Positions 21,142 through 30,226 of a DNA stretch of 64,000 bases are shown piece after piece; within the stretch, counting starts at the first letter, position 1; each line of letters begins with the position of its first letter. Source of the stretch: Chitinophaga pinensis (GTDB lineage: Bacteria; Bacteroidota; Bacteroidia; M30B66); the NCBI GenBank assembly GCA_945883545.1, contig CAMCXT010000001.1:78864-142863 (forward strand), in the 5' to 3' direction. Both the position numbers and the translations under genes were made by a program. Below the pieces are notes generated by a model. That model was not told the origin of the DNA, searched no databases, and worked only from the letters and a program-made list of their open reading frames with translations.

Positions 21142-22008
21142 TTAGAGAGGCTTTACTGTGTAACCAGCTTTTCTCAACAAACTAATCACTCCTTCATTTC
21201 CACCCAAATGCCCAGCGCCAACAGCGAAAAGTGTAGCCTTTTCGGGCATGATGGTTTGCATTTGTTTCACCCAATTTTTATTGCGGTTGGTGAGGAGCAA
21301 TTCGAGGTATTTATCTAAACCATATTCTGGATCTGCCATCATTTTTTGCATTTCGACCAAATTAGCCGAACGGTAAACAGCCAACATTTCGTCGGTTTCT
21401 TTTTTGAATTTATCTGTTTCGGTGATGTAACTATACAGCATATCGGCTTGCACTTGATACGGGATCTTGTCGAATACTTCCATTTGATCGCTTACCTTTT
21501 CTAATCCAATCACTTCCTTTTTGGCTTCACCTGCAAGTGCAGATAAGGTGGTTTCTGGCGATCCTGGGTTACATCCCAAAACCGATGGATATAAAACACT
21601 GGAGGCAACCATCGGCTTGAGACCCGAAAGCAACTTTAACGAAATACCAGTTGTTGCCGTGAAAAGGCTATCGGCGAGCTTGAACTTGGTTGCGCCCAGC
21701 AAGTCTTCGAGCATTTTGCCATCCTTCATGCCTGCAAGCGTTTGCATTTCGATCATCATGTTTGGATCGTCGAAATCCAACTCAAGGGCTAACTGATCAC
21801 ACGATTTCAATTTTTCTGCTGCTGCATTGGCAATACCTAAATCGCTTTCGCACAGCAAGTGAAAGGTCCCGAAGAGATAACTTGGTTTTTTGAGATTTTT
21901 ACCTGTAACTTCCCACAACAGTGTGTTTTCAGGATTCGATTGAGCCGAAATGTTGAGCCATCCTCCGAAGGAGAAAACAAGCAACAGACTAATAAATTTC
22001 ATTTTCAT
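21142..22008 (-). CDS. TraB/GumN family protein (secreted)
   Basis: Signal peptide. The C-terminal 'GAGHLGG..GVISLLRKAGYTV' is the TraB/GumN signature. Confidence 0.7.
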   Translation of the reverse strand: MKMKFISLLLVFSFGGWLNISAQSNPENTLLWEVTGKNLKKPSYLFGTFHLLCESDLGIANAAAEKLKSCDQLALELDFDDPNMMIEMQTLAGMKDGKMLEDLLGATKFKLADSLFTATTGISLKLLSGLKPMVASSVLYPSVLGCNPGSPETTLSALAGEAKKEVIGLEKVSDQMEVFDKIPYQVQADMLYSYITETDKFKKETDEMLAVYRSANLVEMQKMMADPEYGLDKYLELLLTNRNKNWVKQMQTIMPEKATLFAVGAGHLGGNEGVISLLRKAGYTVKPL

Positions 22009-22154
22009 GATTTCTTTTGTTTTTGGGTGATCAGTATCGAGGAAATTAAAAACATTACAAGAAAGTTAATTTTTTGCGACAAGCTTCAGAATTTGTTGCC
22101 AATTCATGACCTAGATCACACATCAATGCACGCTGAATTGTTTAATTTCGCAAA

Positions 22155-22646
22155 TTGTACATGAAGAAAAACGCTCCTTCTTTCGATCAAATCTATATGA
22201 ATCTGGCTTCTAACCTAGCACTTCGGTCGCATTGTGTGAAGCAACAGGTTGGTGCAGTGCTCGCAAAAGATACCCGAATTGTTTCGTTGGGTTATAACGG
22301 ACCGCCAGCAGGAACGCACAATTGCGATGAAGAGTGGCCCGAAACAGGATGCGCCCGCGATCGAAAAGGCAGTTGTTATTTAGCATTGCATGCAGAAGCA
22401 AACGCTATTCTGTATGCCGCCAAAAATAAAGTCGACCTCGAAGGAAGTACCTTGTATGTGACTTTGTCGCCATGTTTGCCTTGTGCCCGAATTATCCTTT
22501 CTGCAGGAATTAAAAAGGTACATTTTCTCAATTCCTATGCTGCATACAAAGGAATTGATGTAGATGAAGGCGTTGAATTCTTGCGCAAATTTGGAGTACA
22601 GGTCGAAAGACTTGAAAATCTCCCTCAAGATGCTGTACATTCATAA
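22155..22646 (+). CDS. dCMP deaminase (cytidine/deoxycytidylate deaminase family)
   Basis: 'HAEANAI' and 'PCLPCARII' zinc-binding deaminase motifs, at a length typical of ComEB/dCMP deaminase. Confidence 0.8.
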   Translation: MYMKKNAPSFDQIYMNLASNLALRSHCVKQQVGAVLAKDTRIVSLGYNGPPAGTHNCDEEWPETGCARDRKGSCYLALHAEANAILYAAKNKVDLEGSTLYVTLSPCLPCARIILSAGIKKVHFLNSYAAYKGIDVDEGVEFLRKFGVQVERLENLPQDAVHS

Positions 22647-22687
22647 CAAAATAGTCAATTGATCGTTCTTAAGGATCAATTCAACAA

Positions 22688-24337
22688 ATGGAACCAAACC
22701 CTCTCCGTAAGCTGCTCTTCCCATTATTCTTAGGCTTAGCTACGGCTTTCGGTATCGCCATTGGTTATTTTTTGCCAGGAAATTCTACCGTGCAAGCCAA
22801 CCATCAGTCGGTTTCGAACAACAACAAAATGCAGGATGTGATGCAATACATCCTCAACGAGTATGTAGATACCTTAAATCAGAAGACGTTTCAGGACGAG
22901 GCAATTACCGCCATGTTGAGCAAGCTCGATCCGCACTCTTCCTACATTCCTGCCTCAGAATTAGACCAAGTAACAGAACAGTTAGAAGGCAATTTCGATG
23001 GAATAGGCGTGGAGTTTAACATCCAGCGCGATACGATCATGGTAGTAGCTGCCATAACCGGAGGTCCATCAGAAGCACTCGGCATTCAAAGTGGCGACCG
23101 CATCGTGAAGATTGAAGGGAAAACAGTTGCTGGAAAGAAAATCACCAACGAAGATGTAATCAAGCAGCTCCGCGGAAAGAGTGGCACCAAAGTAAAAGTG
23201 AGCATTTTCCGTCCCGGACAAAAAAGTTTGCGCGATTTCACCATCACCCGTGGTAAAATTCCGATATACTCCTTGGATGCTTCGGTGATGCTCGATCAGC
23301 AAACGGGATACATCAAGATTTCAAGATTTGCCGCCACAACCTACAACGAATACCTCAAGGCTTTCGAAGAATTGCGTGTGAAAGGCATGAAGAAACTCAT
23401 CCTTGATCTTCGCGATAACCCAGGTGGATACCTCAATGCAGCAGTTGATCTTTCAGACGAATTTCTCCCAAGGGGAAAGAAAATCGTGTACACACAAGGT
23501 CAAGCTCGCCCAAAAGAAGACTACACTGCAACAGCAAAAGGAGGCTTCGAAACTGGCGATTTGGTTGTATTGATCGATGAAGGTTCTGCTTCTGCATCAG
23601 AAATTGTTTCAGGTGCTATCCAAGACAACGACCGCGGTTGGGTAGTTGGAAGAAGATCGTTCGGAAAGGGCCTCGTTCAAGAAGAAGTTCGTTTCGACGA
23701 CGGATCGGCAATGCGTTTAACCATTGCTCGCTATTATACGCCTACCGGCAGATGCATTCAACGTCCTTACGACCAAGGCACTGATGAGTATTACCAAGAA
23801 ATTACCGAACGCATGTCGGGCACATCGAAGAACAAAGACGCTGCCGACAAGAAGGATTCGTTGGCATACAAGACTTCTGCAGGCAGAACGGTTTATGGCG
23901 GCGGCGGCGTTACGCCAGATGTAACTATCGAAGCCGACACATCAGGCTATTCGGAATATTTGGCTAAAGTTGTTTCGAACGGATTGATCAATCGCTTCTC
24001 CTTCGAATATGTGGATGCACGCCGTAAAGAACTGAAAAGCCGTTACCCAAGTGCAGAGAATTTTGCTTCGCAGTTTCCTGTGAACGGTTTGCTGCCTGAC
24101 TTCTATGCATTTGCCGCCAAAAACGGAGTGGCAAGCGATCCCAAAGGGCAAGCGGTGTCGTGGGGAATCATCAGCAATCAATTACAAGCCTTGATTGGCC
24201 GCGCACTTTACGGGAACAGTGGTTTTTATTTGTCACAAACCCGCAACGACGCTACAGTGAAAAAAGCCCTCGAACTGCTACGTTCAGGGAAACTCGTTTC
24301 GAGATCGCAACAAGCACCTATCAAACAAAAAAGCTAA
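22688..24337 (+). CDS. ctpA: Carboxy-terminal processing protease (S41 family) with PDZ domain
   Basis: PDZ segment 'GIQSGDRIVKIEGK' followed by an S41 catalytic region 'LILDLRDNPGG' and 'GSASASEI'. Confidence 0.8.
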   Translation: MEPNPLRKLLFPLFLGLATAFGIAIGYFLPGNSTVQANHQSVSNNNKMQDVMQYILNEYVDTLNQKTFQDEAITAMLSKLDPHSSYIPASELDQVTEQLEGNFDGIGVEFNIQRDTIMVVAAITGGPSEALGIQSGDRIVKIEGKTVAGKKITNEDVIKQLRGKSGTKVKVSIFRPGQKSLRDFTITRGKIPIYSLDASVMLDQQTGYIKISRFAATTYNEYLKAFEELRVKGMKKLILDLRDNPGGYLNAAVDLSDEFLPRGKKIVYTQGQARPKEDYTATAKGGFETGDLVVLIDEGSASASEIVSGAIQDNDRGWVVGRRSFGKGLVQEEVRFDDGSAMRLTIARYYTPTGRCIQRPYDQGTDEYYQEITERMSGTSKNKDAADKKDSLAYKTSAGRTVYGGGGVTPDVTIEADTSGYSEYLAKVVSNGLINRFSFEYVDARRKELKSRYPSAENFASQFPVNGLLPDFYAFAAKNGVASDPKGQAVSWGIISNQLQALIGRALYGNSGFYLSQTRNDATVKKALELLRSGKLVSRSQQAPIKQKS

Positions 24338-24353
24338 AACTTAAACCAGCACC

Positions 24354-26342
24354 ATGAGAAAGTTAACCTTACTCGTTCTTACGCTATTGATGGGCATTCT
24401 AACCAATGCACAAATTCAGAATCCAATCAAATGGCAGTATTCTCAAAAACAACTCGACGACTCAACTACTGAGCTCAAGTTTACTGCAGTGTTGGAAGAA
24501 AAATGGCATCTCTATTCTCAATTCACTCCTGATGGTGGACCAATGCCTACCGAATTTTCGTTCAATCTGCCTAAAACAGTCAAGCGGATCGGTAAAGTGG
24601 TAGAACCGAAATACGAGAAGAAATTTGAGGATGTTTTTGGTGTAGATGTTTACTCGTTTCCTCAATCGAAAGTCGTTTTCACCCACAAAGTGGTAAACAC
24701 ATCAAACAAAGAAGTTGAAATTTCTGGAGAAATCAACGGCATGACTTGCAAGGATGAAGCAGGCTGCATCCCGATGGATCCAACACCTTTCAAGTTTAAG
24801 CTCAAAGGCAAAACTAAATCAGGCGTAAAAACATCCGCCATCGATACCACCGAACAACAAGTTGTAGTAACCGACACCGCTCAAAACGCAGCTTCTGTTG
24901 CAGGAGATTGTAAAGATTTGGTGATCGAAGGTTTGGTGACTGAGGAAGAAAAAAAGGGCGAATCAGAATCTTATTGGTTTATCTTTTTGTTGGGCTTTGG
25001 TGGAGGTTTGGTAGCCTTGTTAACCCCTTGCGTGTTCCCAATGATTCCTTTAACAGTGAGTTTTTTCACCAAGAATTCTGGTACACGCAAAAAAGGGTTG
25101 TTCCTCGCGGTAACCTACGGATTGTCGATTGCAGCCATTTACACACTCATAGCCGTGCCGTTTATTGTGGCAAAAGTCCCACCAGATACACTCAATGAAA
25201 TTGCCACCAGCGCTACTTTGAACATTGTGTTCTTTGTGATCTTCGTAGCATTTGCCATCTCGTTTTTCGGTTACTACGAAATTGCACTTCCATCATCCTT
25301 GGCCAACAAAGCCGATTCTGCTTCCAACATGGGCGGTTTGCTTGGTGTGTTCTTCATGGCGATTACTTTGGCTTTGGTGTCGTTTAGCTGCACCGGTCCG
25401 ATATTAGGTTCTTTCCTCGCAGGTACACTTGCCACAAATCCAGATCCTTACAATATTCTATTTGTGATGCTTGGTTTCGGAACTGCTCTCGGACTTCCAT
25501 TTGCACTATTTGCAGCCTTCCCAGCATGGTTGAATTCGCTCCCTAAATCCGGAGGATGGCTCAATTCGGTAAAAGTGGTGCTTGGTTTCTTGGAATTGGG
25601 CATGGCCTTGAAATTCCTTTCCAATGCAGATCTTGTTGAGCAGTGGGGAATCTTAAAGCGTGAAACATTCTTAGTGATTTGGACTTTACTCGCCCTCGGA
25701 CTTGCTGCTTATTTGATGGGATTGATCAAATTTCCGCACGATAGCAAAATCAAGAAGTTTGGCCCAATTCGTATCGGCTTGGCCACTGTTTTTGCGGCAT
25801 CAGGAATCTATTTTGCAACTGGTTTATTCGGTGCTAATCTCGAGCTGATTTCAGGTTTCCCACCTCCAATGTTCTACAGTTATTCTGCAAAAGAAGAAAC
25901 CAAGGTAGAAGCAGAACACGACTTTTATGCTGCATTAGAACGTGCTAAAAAGGAAAACAAACCATTGTTGGTCGACTTTACGGGTTGGGCATGTGTGAAT
26001 TGCCGCCGAATGGAAGAAGGTGTTTGGGTTGATCCCGAAGTGAAGAAAATCATGAGCGAAAAATATGTTCTCGTTTCGTTGTATGTTGACGAGAAGAAGG
26101 AGCTTCCAGCAGCTGAGCAGTTTACCTCTTGCCTTTCAGGAAAACGTGTGAAAACGGTTGGGAACAAATGGAGCAACTTGCAAATCGTGAATTTCAAATC
26201 GAATTCACAGCCGCAGTATGTTGTGCTATCGCCCGAAGGGAAACAATTGGTTAAACCTGTGGGCTACACCGATAAATCTACATACCTCACATTCCTCAAA
26301 TCGGGGCTCGATGGTATGAAAGCTACGGTAGCATCCAATTAG
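24354..26342 (+). CDS. dsbD: Thiol:disulfide interchange protein DsbD family (membrane electron transporter with C-terminal thioredoxin domain)
   Basis: N-terminal periplasmic domain, a polytopic core with paired cysteines, and a C-terminal thioredoxin fold carrying 'WACVNCR'. Confidence 0.8.
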   Translation: MRKLTLLVLTLLMGILTNAQIQNPIKWQYSQKQLDDSTTELKFTAVLEEKWHLYSQFTPDGGPMPTEFSFNLPKTVKRIGKVVEPKYEKKFEDVFGVDVYSFPQSKVVFTHKVVNTSNKEVEISGEINGMTCKDEAGCIPMDPTPFKFKLKGKTKSGVKTSAIDTTEQQVVVTDTAQNAASVAGDCKDLVIEGLVTEEEKKGESESYWFIFLLGFGGGLVALLTPCVFPMIPLTVSFFTKNSGTRKKGLFLAVTYGLSIAAIYTLIAVPFIVAKVPPDTLNEIATSATLNIVFFVIFVAFAISFFGYYEIALPSSLANKADSASNMGGLLGVFFMAITLALVSFSCTGPILGSFLAGTLATNPDPYNILFVMLGFGTALGLPFALFAAFPAWLNSLPKSGGWLNSVKVVLGFLELGMALKFLSNADLVEQWGILKRETFLVIWTLLALGLAAYLMGLIKFPHDSKIKKFGPIRIGLATVFAASGIYFATGLFGANLELISGFPPPMFYSYSAKEETKVEAEHDFYAALERAKKENKPLLVDFTGWACVNCRRMEEGVWVDPEVKKIMSEKYVLVSLYVDEKKELPAAEQFTSCLSGKRVKTVGNKWSNLQIVNFKSNSQPQYVVLSPEGKQLVKPVGYTDKSTYLTFLKSGLDGMKATVASN

Positions 26343-26384
26343 AAATGACTTTTAATGAGGAACGATTTCTGTAAAGCGTTGAGC

Positions 26385-27509
26385 ATGCACTTGAAATCGT
26401 TCCTCTTTTTTATTGCTGTAGTTTCTTCCACTTTGACTGTTCAAGCTCAAAGTGCTGCAGTGCGTTATTTTATCCCAATACATTTTAACCTAGGCGCTAC
26501 GTTGGCCAATATTTCTTCCAGCGGAACGCCTAGAATAAATCAGAAAATCGGAACCGCCGTTTCACTGTCGTCTGGTTTGATGATCCGCGTAAAAGACCGA
26601 GCAGGTTTGGCGCTTGAAGGTGGTGTCAATTACCAAGATTATACATTTACATTGGTTTCGCCCATAGCTGCAACTGAGTATTCGCTGGGCAAGTACGATT
26701 TCAAAGCTGCGATCCGTCCATTCGTGATTTTCCCGTTGAAGAACAATCCACATTCGAAATTGGCGCTCAACTTTACGACTGGCTTACAGTTTCATCATGC
26801 TGCTTCGATGGCAGAACCGAAGAGTTTTTTCTTCGTCAATGCCAACGTTCCCAACACCACCACACCTTTTATAGCACCTGAAATTGGGTTGGTAAAAACA
26901 GGTCGTCGCATGCATATCGACATTGGTGTTACTTATATGTACAATTTCTCGAATGTCGATTTACTCACCATCAAATTGAACAGCGGTAAATCGGAGGCGA
27001 CAGCAACCACCAACTTAAACTATTTGGGTTTGGTGTTGAGGTTTAGTCCTGAAGTTTGGAGAAACCGAACCGTGAAACCTAAAATAATTAAGCCTGAACG
27101 GCGGAAGGAGAGCCGCAGCAAACCTGAAATCGTGCGTTCCGAAAATGAGCAGAACACCACCGTGGAAGCGAAGTTGAAGGCCGATCGACAACAGGTGAAG
27201 TTAGACTTGAAACAAGAAAAGTTAATTGTTGAAGTGTGGGACAATTCTAATATCGATGGAGATTCAATTTCTGTTTATTTCAATGGAGAGCCGATTTTGC
27301 TTTCGCATGGATTAACCGCACAAAAGGAACGCATCGAACTCACCTTAAAGCTAGGCGAGAACACTCTGCTGGTAGAAGCACTTAATGAAGGATCGATTAG
27401 TCCGAACACTGCTGCATTCATGTTGCGCAACGGACGGCAGAAATATCCAGTGAACACCATCACAAGTAAGCGCCAAAACGAGCGGATTATACTCAACTAC
27501 ACACCTTAG
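26385..27509 (+). CDS. Hypothetical secreted protein, possible outer-membrane beta-barrel with C-terminal soluble domain
   Basis: The signal peptide 'MHLKSFLFFIAVVSSTLTVQAQ' is followed by an alternating amphipathic pattern, then a Lys/Arg-rich linker and a C-terminal domain. Start trimmed from 26355. Confidence 0.4.
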   Translation: MHLKSFLFFIAVVSSTLTVQAQSAAVRYFIPIHFNLGATLANISSSGTPRINQKIGTAVSLSSGLMIRVKDRAGLALEGGVNYQDYTFTLVSPIAATEYSLGKYDFKAAIRPFVIFPLKNNPHSKLALNFTTGLQFHHAASMAEPKSFFFVNANVPNTTTPFIAPEIGLVKTGRRMHIDIGVTYMYNFSNVDLLTIKLNSGKSEATATTNLNYLGLVLRFSPEVWRNRTVKPKIIKPERRKESRSKPEIVRSENEQNTTVEAKLKADRQQVKLDLKQEKLIVEVWDNSNIDGDSISVYFNGEPILLSHGLTAQKERIELTLKLGENTLLVEALNEGSISPNTAAFMLRNGRQKYPVNTITSKRQNERIILNYTP

Positions 27510-27601
27510 CGTAGATTTTAGATTAGGGCTGAAGATTAAAAAGTCTGACAAATCGGGAATCGCATTCCCAATTTGTCAGACTTTTGATTTAAATTCGCAC
27601 C

Positions 27602-28753
27602 ATGATTGAAAGAACCTTAACGAGAATCATTGAGGAAAAATCGAGACTTTTTCCGATAGTCTCAATTACGGGTCCAAGGCAAAGTGGAAAAACGACCTTG
27701 AGTAAACTCACTTTTCCTGATTACGCGTATTACAATCTTGAGGCTCCGGATACCTTCGAAAAACTTACGAATGACCCACGCACATTTTTATTGGGTAAAA
27801 AGGGAATTATACTCGATGAAATTCAGAAAGCGCCGGAGCTATTCTCTTTTATTCAGGTAATAAGTGATGAACAGAACGTTCCTGGTCAATTCATTCTTTC
27901 AGGCCCTCAAAACTTTCTCCTGCAGAGTAAGATTAATCAAACACTCGCTGGAAGGGTTTACAATGCCTCTCTTCTTCCACCTGATTTATCGGAGAGTATT
28001 GCGTCGATGGCTGCATGTGAAGATCCCAACAAACAAATTTTTCAAGGCTTTTATCCAAGAGTTCTTTCACAAGGAATTCCACCAACTGATTATTATCCGA
28101 GCTATATTCAAACCTATGTTGAACGAGATGTTCGTGATGTATTACGCATTGGGAACCTTGCACAATTTCAGCGATTTATGAAAGTTTTAGCAGGAAGAGC
28201 AGGCAAATTGCTCAATCTTACTGCAATTGGTAACGAAGTGGGAATAGACCATAAAACGGTGAGTGCCTGGCTGTCTATTTTGGAAGCGAGCTACCTAGTA
28301 TTTTTCTTGCAACCGTATGAGCGGAATTACAATAAGAGAGTGGTAAAGACACCAAAACTTTATTTTTACGATACGGGATTGCTATGCAGCTTACTCGGCA
28401 TTGAAACTCCTGAGTCGGTTAGTCAACATTGGGCAAAGGGCGAACTGTTTGAGAACTTAATTATTGCAAATATTCAGAAGCGTTTTCTTCATTCAGGAAG
28501 GAAAGTGCAACTCTACTTTTGGCGCGATCAAGCTGGTCATGAAGTTGATTGCATTTATGAAACCAATGGGATTCCAACAGCTATTGAGATAAAATCTTCA
28601 GCCACATTTCGGCAAGATTTTCTCAAAGGATTGAAATACTTCCAAGCACTTCCAGATCAAAATTTAGAGCGCTTAAAGTTGATCTATGCTGGAAATGAAA
28701 ACTGGATTGATATGAAAACCGGGTGTGAAATTCAATCTTGGTTGAGTCATTAA
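27602..28753 (+). CDS. AAA+ ATPase with DUF4143-type C-terminal domain
   Basis: Walker A 'GPRQSGKTT' and Walker B 'ILDEIQ'. The overall ~380-aa architecture matches the ATPase/DUF4143 family. Confidence 0.7.
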   Translation: MIERTLTRIIEEKSRLFPIVSITGPRQSGKTTLSKLTFPDYAYYNLEAPDTFEKLTNDPRTFLLGKKGIILDEIQKAPELFSFIQVISDEQNVPGQFILSGPQNFLLQSKINQTLAGRVYNASLLPPDLSESIASMAACEDPNKQIFQGFYPRVLSQGIPPTDYYPSYIQTYVERDVRDVLRIGNLAQFQRFMKVLAGRAGKLLNLTAIGNEVGIDHKTVSAWLSILEASYLVFFLQPYERNYNKRVVKTPKLYFYDTGLLCSLLGIETPESVSQHWAKGELFENLIIANIQKRFLHSGRKVQLYFWRDQAGHEVDCIYETNGIPTAIEIKSSATFRQDFLKGLKYFQALPDQNLERLKLIYAGNENWIDMKTGCEIQSWLSH

Positions 28754-28929
28754 TTACACTATGAATTACTTATTACAATCGGTTAACGTTCCTGGATTAT
28801 TTTTGAAATTGTAATAGGAATTAAAAATCACATGTATAAAGGATTTTAGATTGCAAATTCAGCCTTTGCGCGTAAATAGTTCAGTAAGATTCGCCTATTT
28901 TTATTGTCTTAGAGATAATTGCAATTCAA

Positions 28930-29202
28930 TTGAAAAAGGACAAAGCAGGATGCTTCACATTTTACTTTATCATCTTTATGATAGTGGCAGTGTTCTTTGG
29001 CGTGAAGAACTGTTCAACACCAACTTCTAATTCTTCGGGTACTTACATCAAGCCCACCATCACACGCAGTGGAAAATTCCGAAAAGGGCATTTTCGGAAG
29101 TCACAAAGTACCGACCCAAATGCATTGCGAAATCGAATGCGATCGAAGCAGTATTATCAGCGAAAAGGAAAGTTTACGAGGCGAAAGAAGTCGAAGGAAT
29201 AG
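28930..29202 (+). CDS. Small membrane-anchored protein with a highly basic C-terminal tail
   Basis: 90 aa with one TM helix 'FTFYFIIFMIVAVFF' followed by a Lys/Arg-rich tail. It lies in a very AT-rich stretch. Confidence 0.35.
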   Translation: MKKDKAGCFTFYFIIFMIVAVFFGVKNCSTPTSNSSGTYIKPTITRSGKFRKGHFRKSQSTDPNALRNRMRSKQYYQRKGKFTRRKKSKE

Positions 29203-29465
29203 CAAATAATGCCGCCAAAATTTATTGACAACTTATTTTATTTACAGTAAATAATTTGCAAGTGATGATATGATTTTTTGAAAGCTATAATTTCATTTAG
29301 AATTAAGTATCAAGGTTAGAATAGAAAAATACTGTTTATAGATTATTTCATGATTAAAAATTACTGAGATAGAATTAGCATTTTATTACTCGATGCATTT
29401 TTTATTTTTATTCTTGTGATGAATTAAATCATTGAACCTTAATTGTTGAATTAATTATTATTGAA

Positions 29466-29849
29466 ATGCATTCAGGAATTCAGATATGGCAAGCATGGCT
29501 AGATAAACAAGACAAATCGATTTATCCAGATTTGCTTTTTATTGCTGATTTAATTTTGAATTCTGATGCCAAGCTTTATTGTAAAATGAGTTATGGCGCT
29601 CCATTTATTTACCGTTATGGACCGATTGGATATTTCACAGTAGATAAAAAATTAGGAATTTATTTCGCATTTTATTGGGGCAAACTGCTGGTTCCATTCG
29701 ATGAATCGGGGATTTTCCACCACGACGATCGTAAAATGGTAAAGCTGGTGATGCTGAAGAATCGAATGTCTGACGAAGATTTTCTTGGATCATTTCTTCA
29801 ACTCCTCGAAAAAGCTTTAGTGATTGATGGGGAGAAGTATGGGAAGTAG
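29466..29849 (+). CDS. Hypothetical protein (possibly DUF1801/YdhG-like)
   Basis: 127-aa ORF whose 'YGAPFIYRYGPIGYF' segment is reminiscent of DUF1801. Weak call. Confidence 0.35.
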   Translation: MHSGIQIWQAWLDKQDKSIYPDLLFIADLILNSDAKLYCKMSYGAPFIYRYGPIGYFTVDKKLGIYFAFYWGKLLVPFDESGIFHHDDRKMVKLVMLKNRMSDEDFLGSFLQLLEKALVIDGEKYGK

Positions 29850-30117
29850 TAATTATGATGTTGTTTGATTTAAACCTACATGAATAATTTACCTGAAAAC
29901 TCCCGGCAGCGATTGAAGCGGATAGCCCGCAGGTTGCTAAGTGAAACGAAGTGGAACAAAGCAACCGAGGACTAGTAGCGAAAAGCGCGGCGCCGCTCGC
30001 AAAGTAGGACTAGGATCGCAAAAGTATATGCGGCGGCCGGCACGACCAGATTTTTACAAGTTTTTATGAGGCTGAAGTGCCTTGTTAATCAGCTGTATAC
30101 GTGAACAATTTAAGCCA

Positions 30118-30173
30118 TTCATCGTTGATGGTTTATCTTTCATCGTTTATCTTTCATCGTTTATCGTAAATCG
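30118..30173 (+). repeat. Eight tandem heptamers (consensus tt[t/c]atc[g/t]) immediately upstream of lepA
   Basis: ATCGTT occurrences at 30121, 30142, 30156, 30163 and 30170 are spaced in multiples of 7 nt. The tract lies 54 nt upstream of the lepA ATG. Confidence 0.6.
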
Positions 30174-30226
30174 TTGAGGTCAAAACCTGCATCGCGAGAA
30201 ACATTTCAACTATCTTTGCCACCGCA

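Noticed and set aside
28754-29465. Integrated mobile element (prophage or IS) in the AT-rich stretch
   Set aside because: No integrase, transposase, terminal inverted repeats or flanking direct repeats are detectable. It is kept only as a compositional-anomaly finding.
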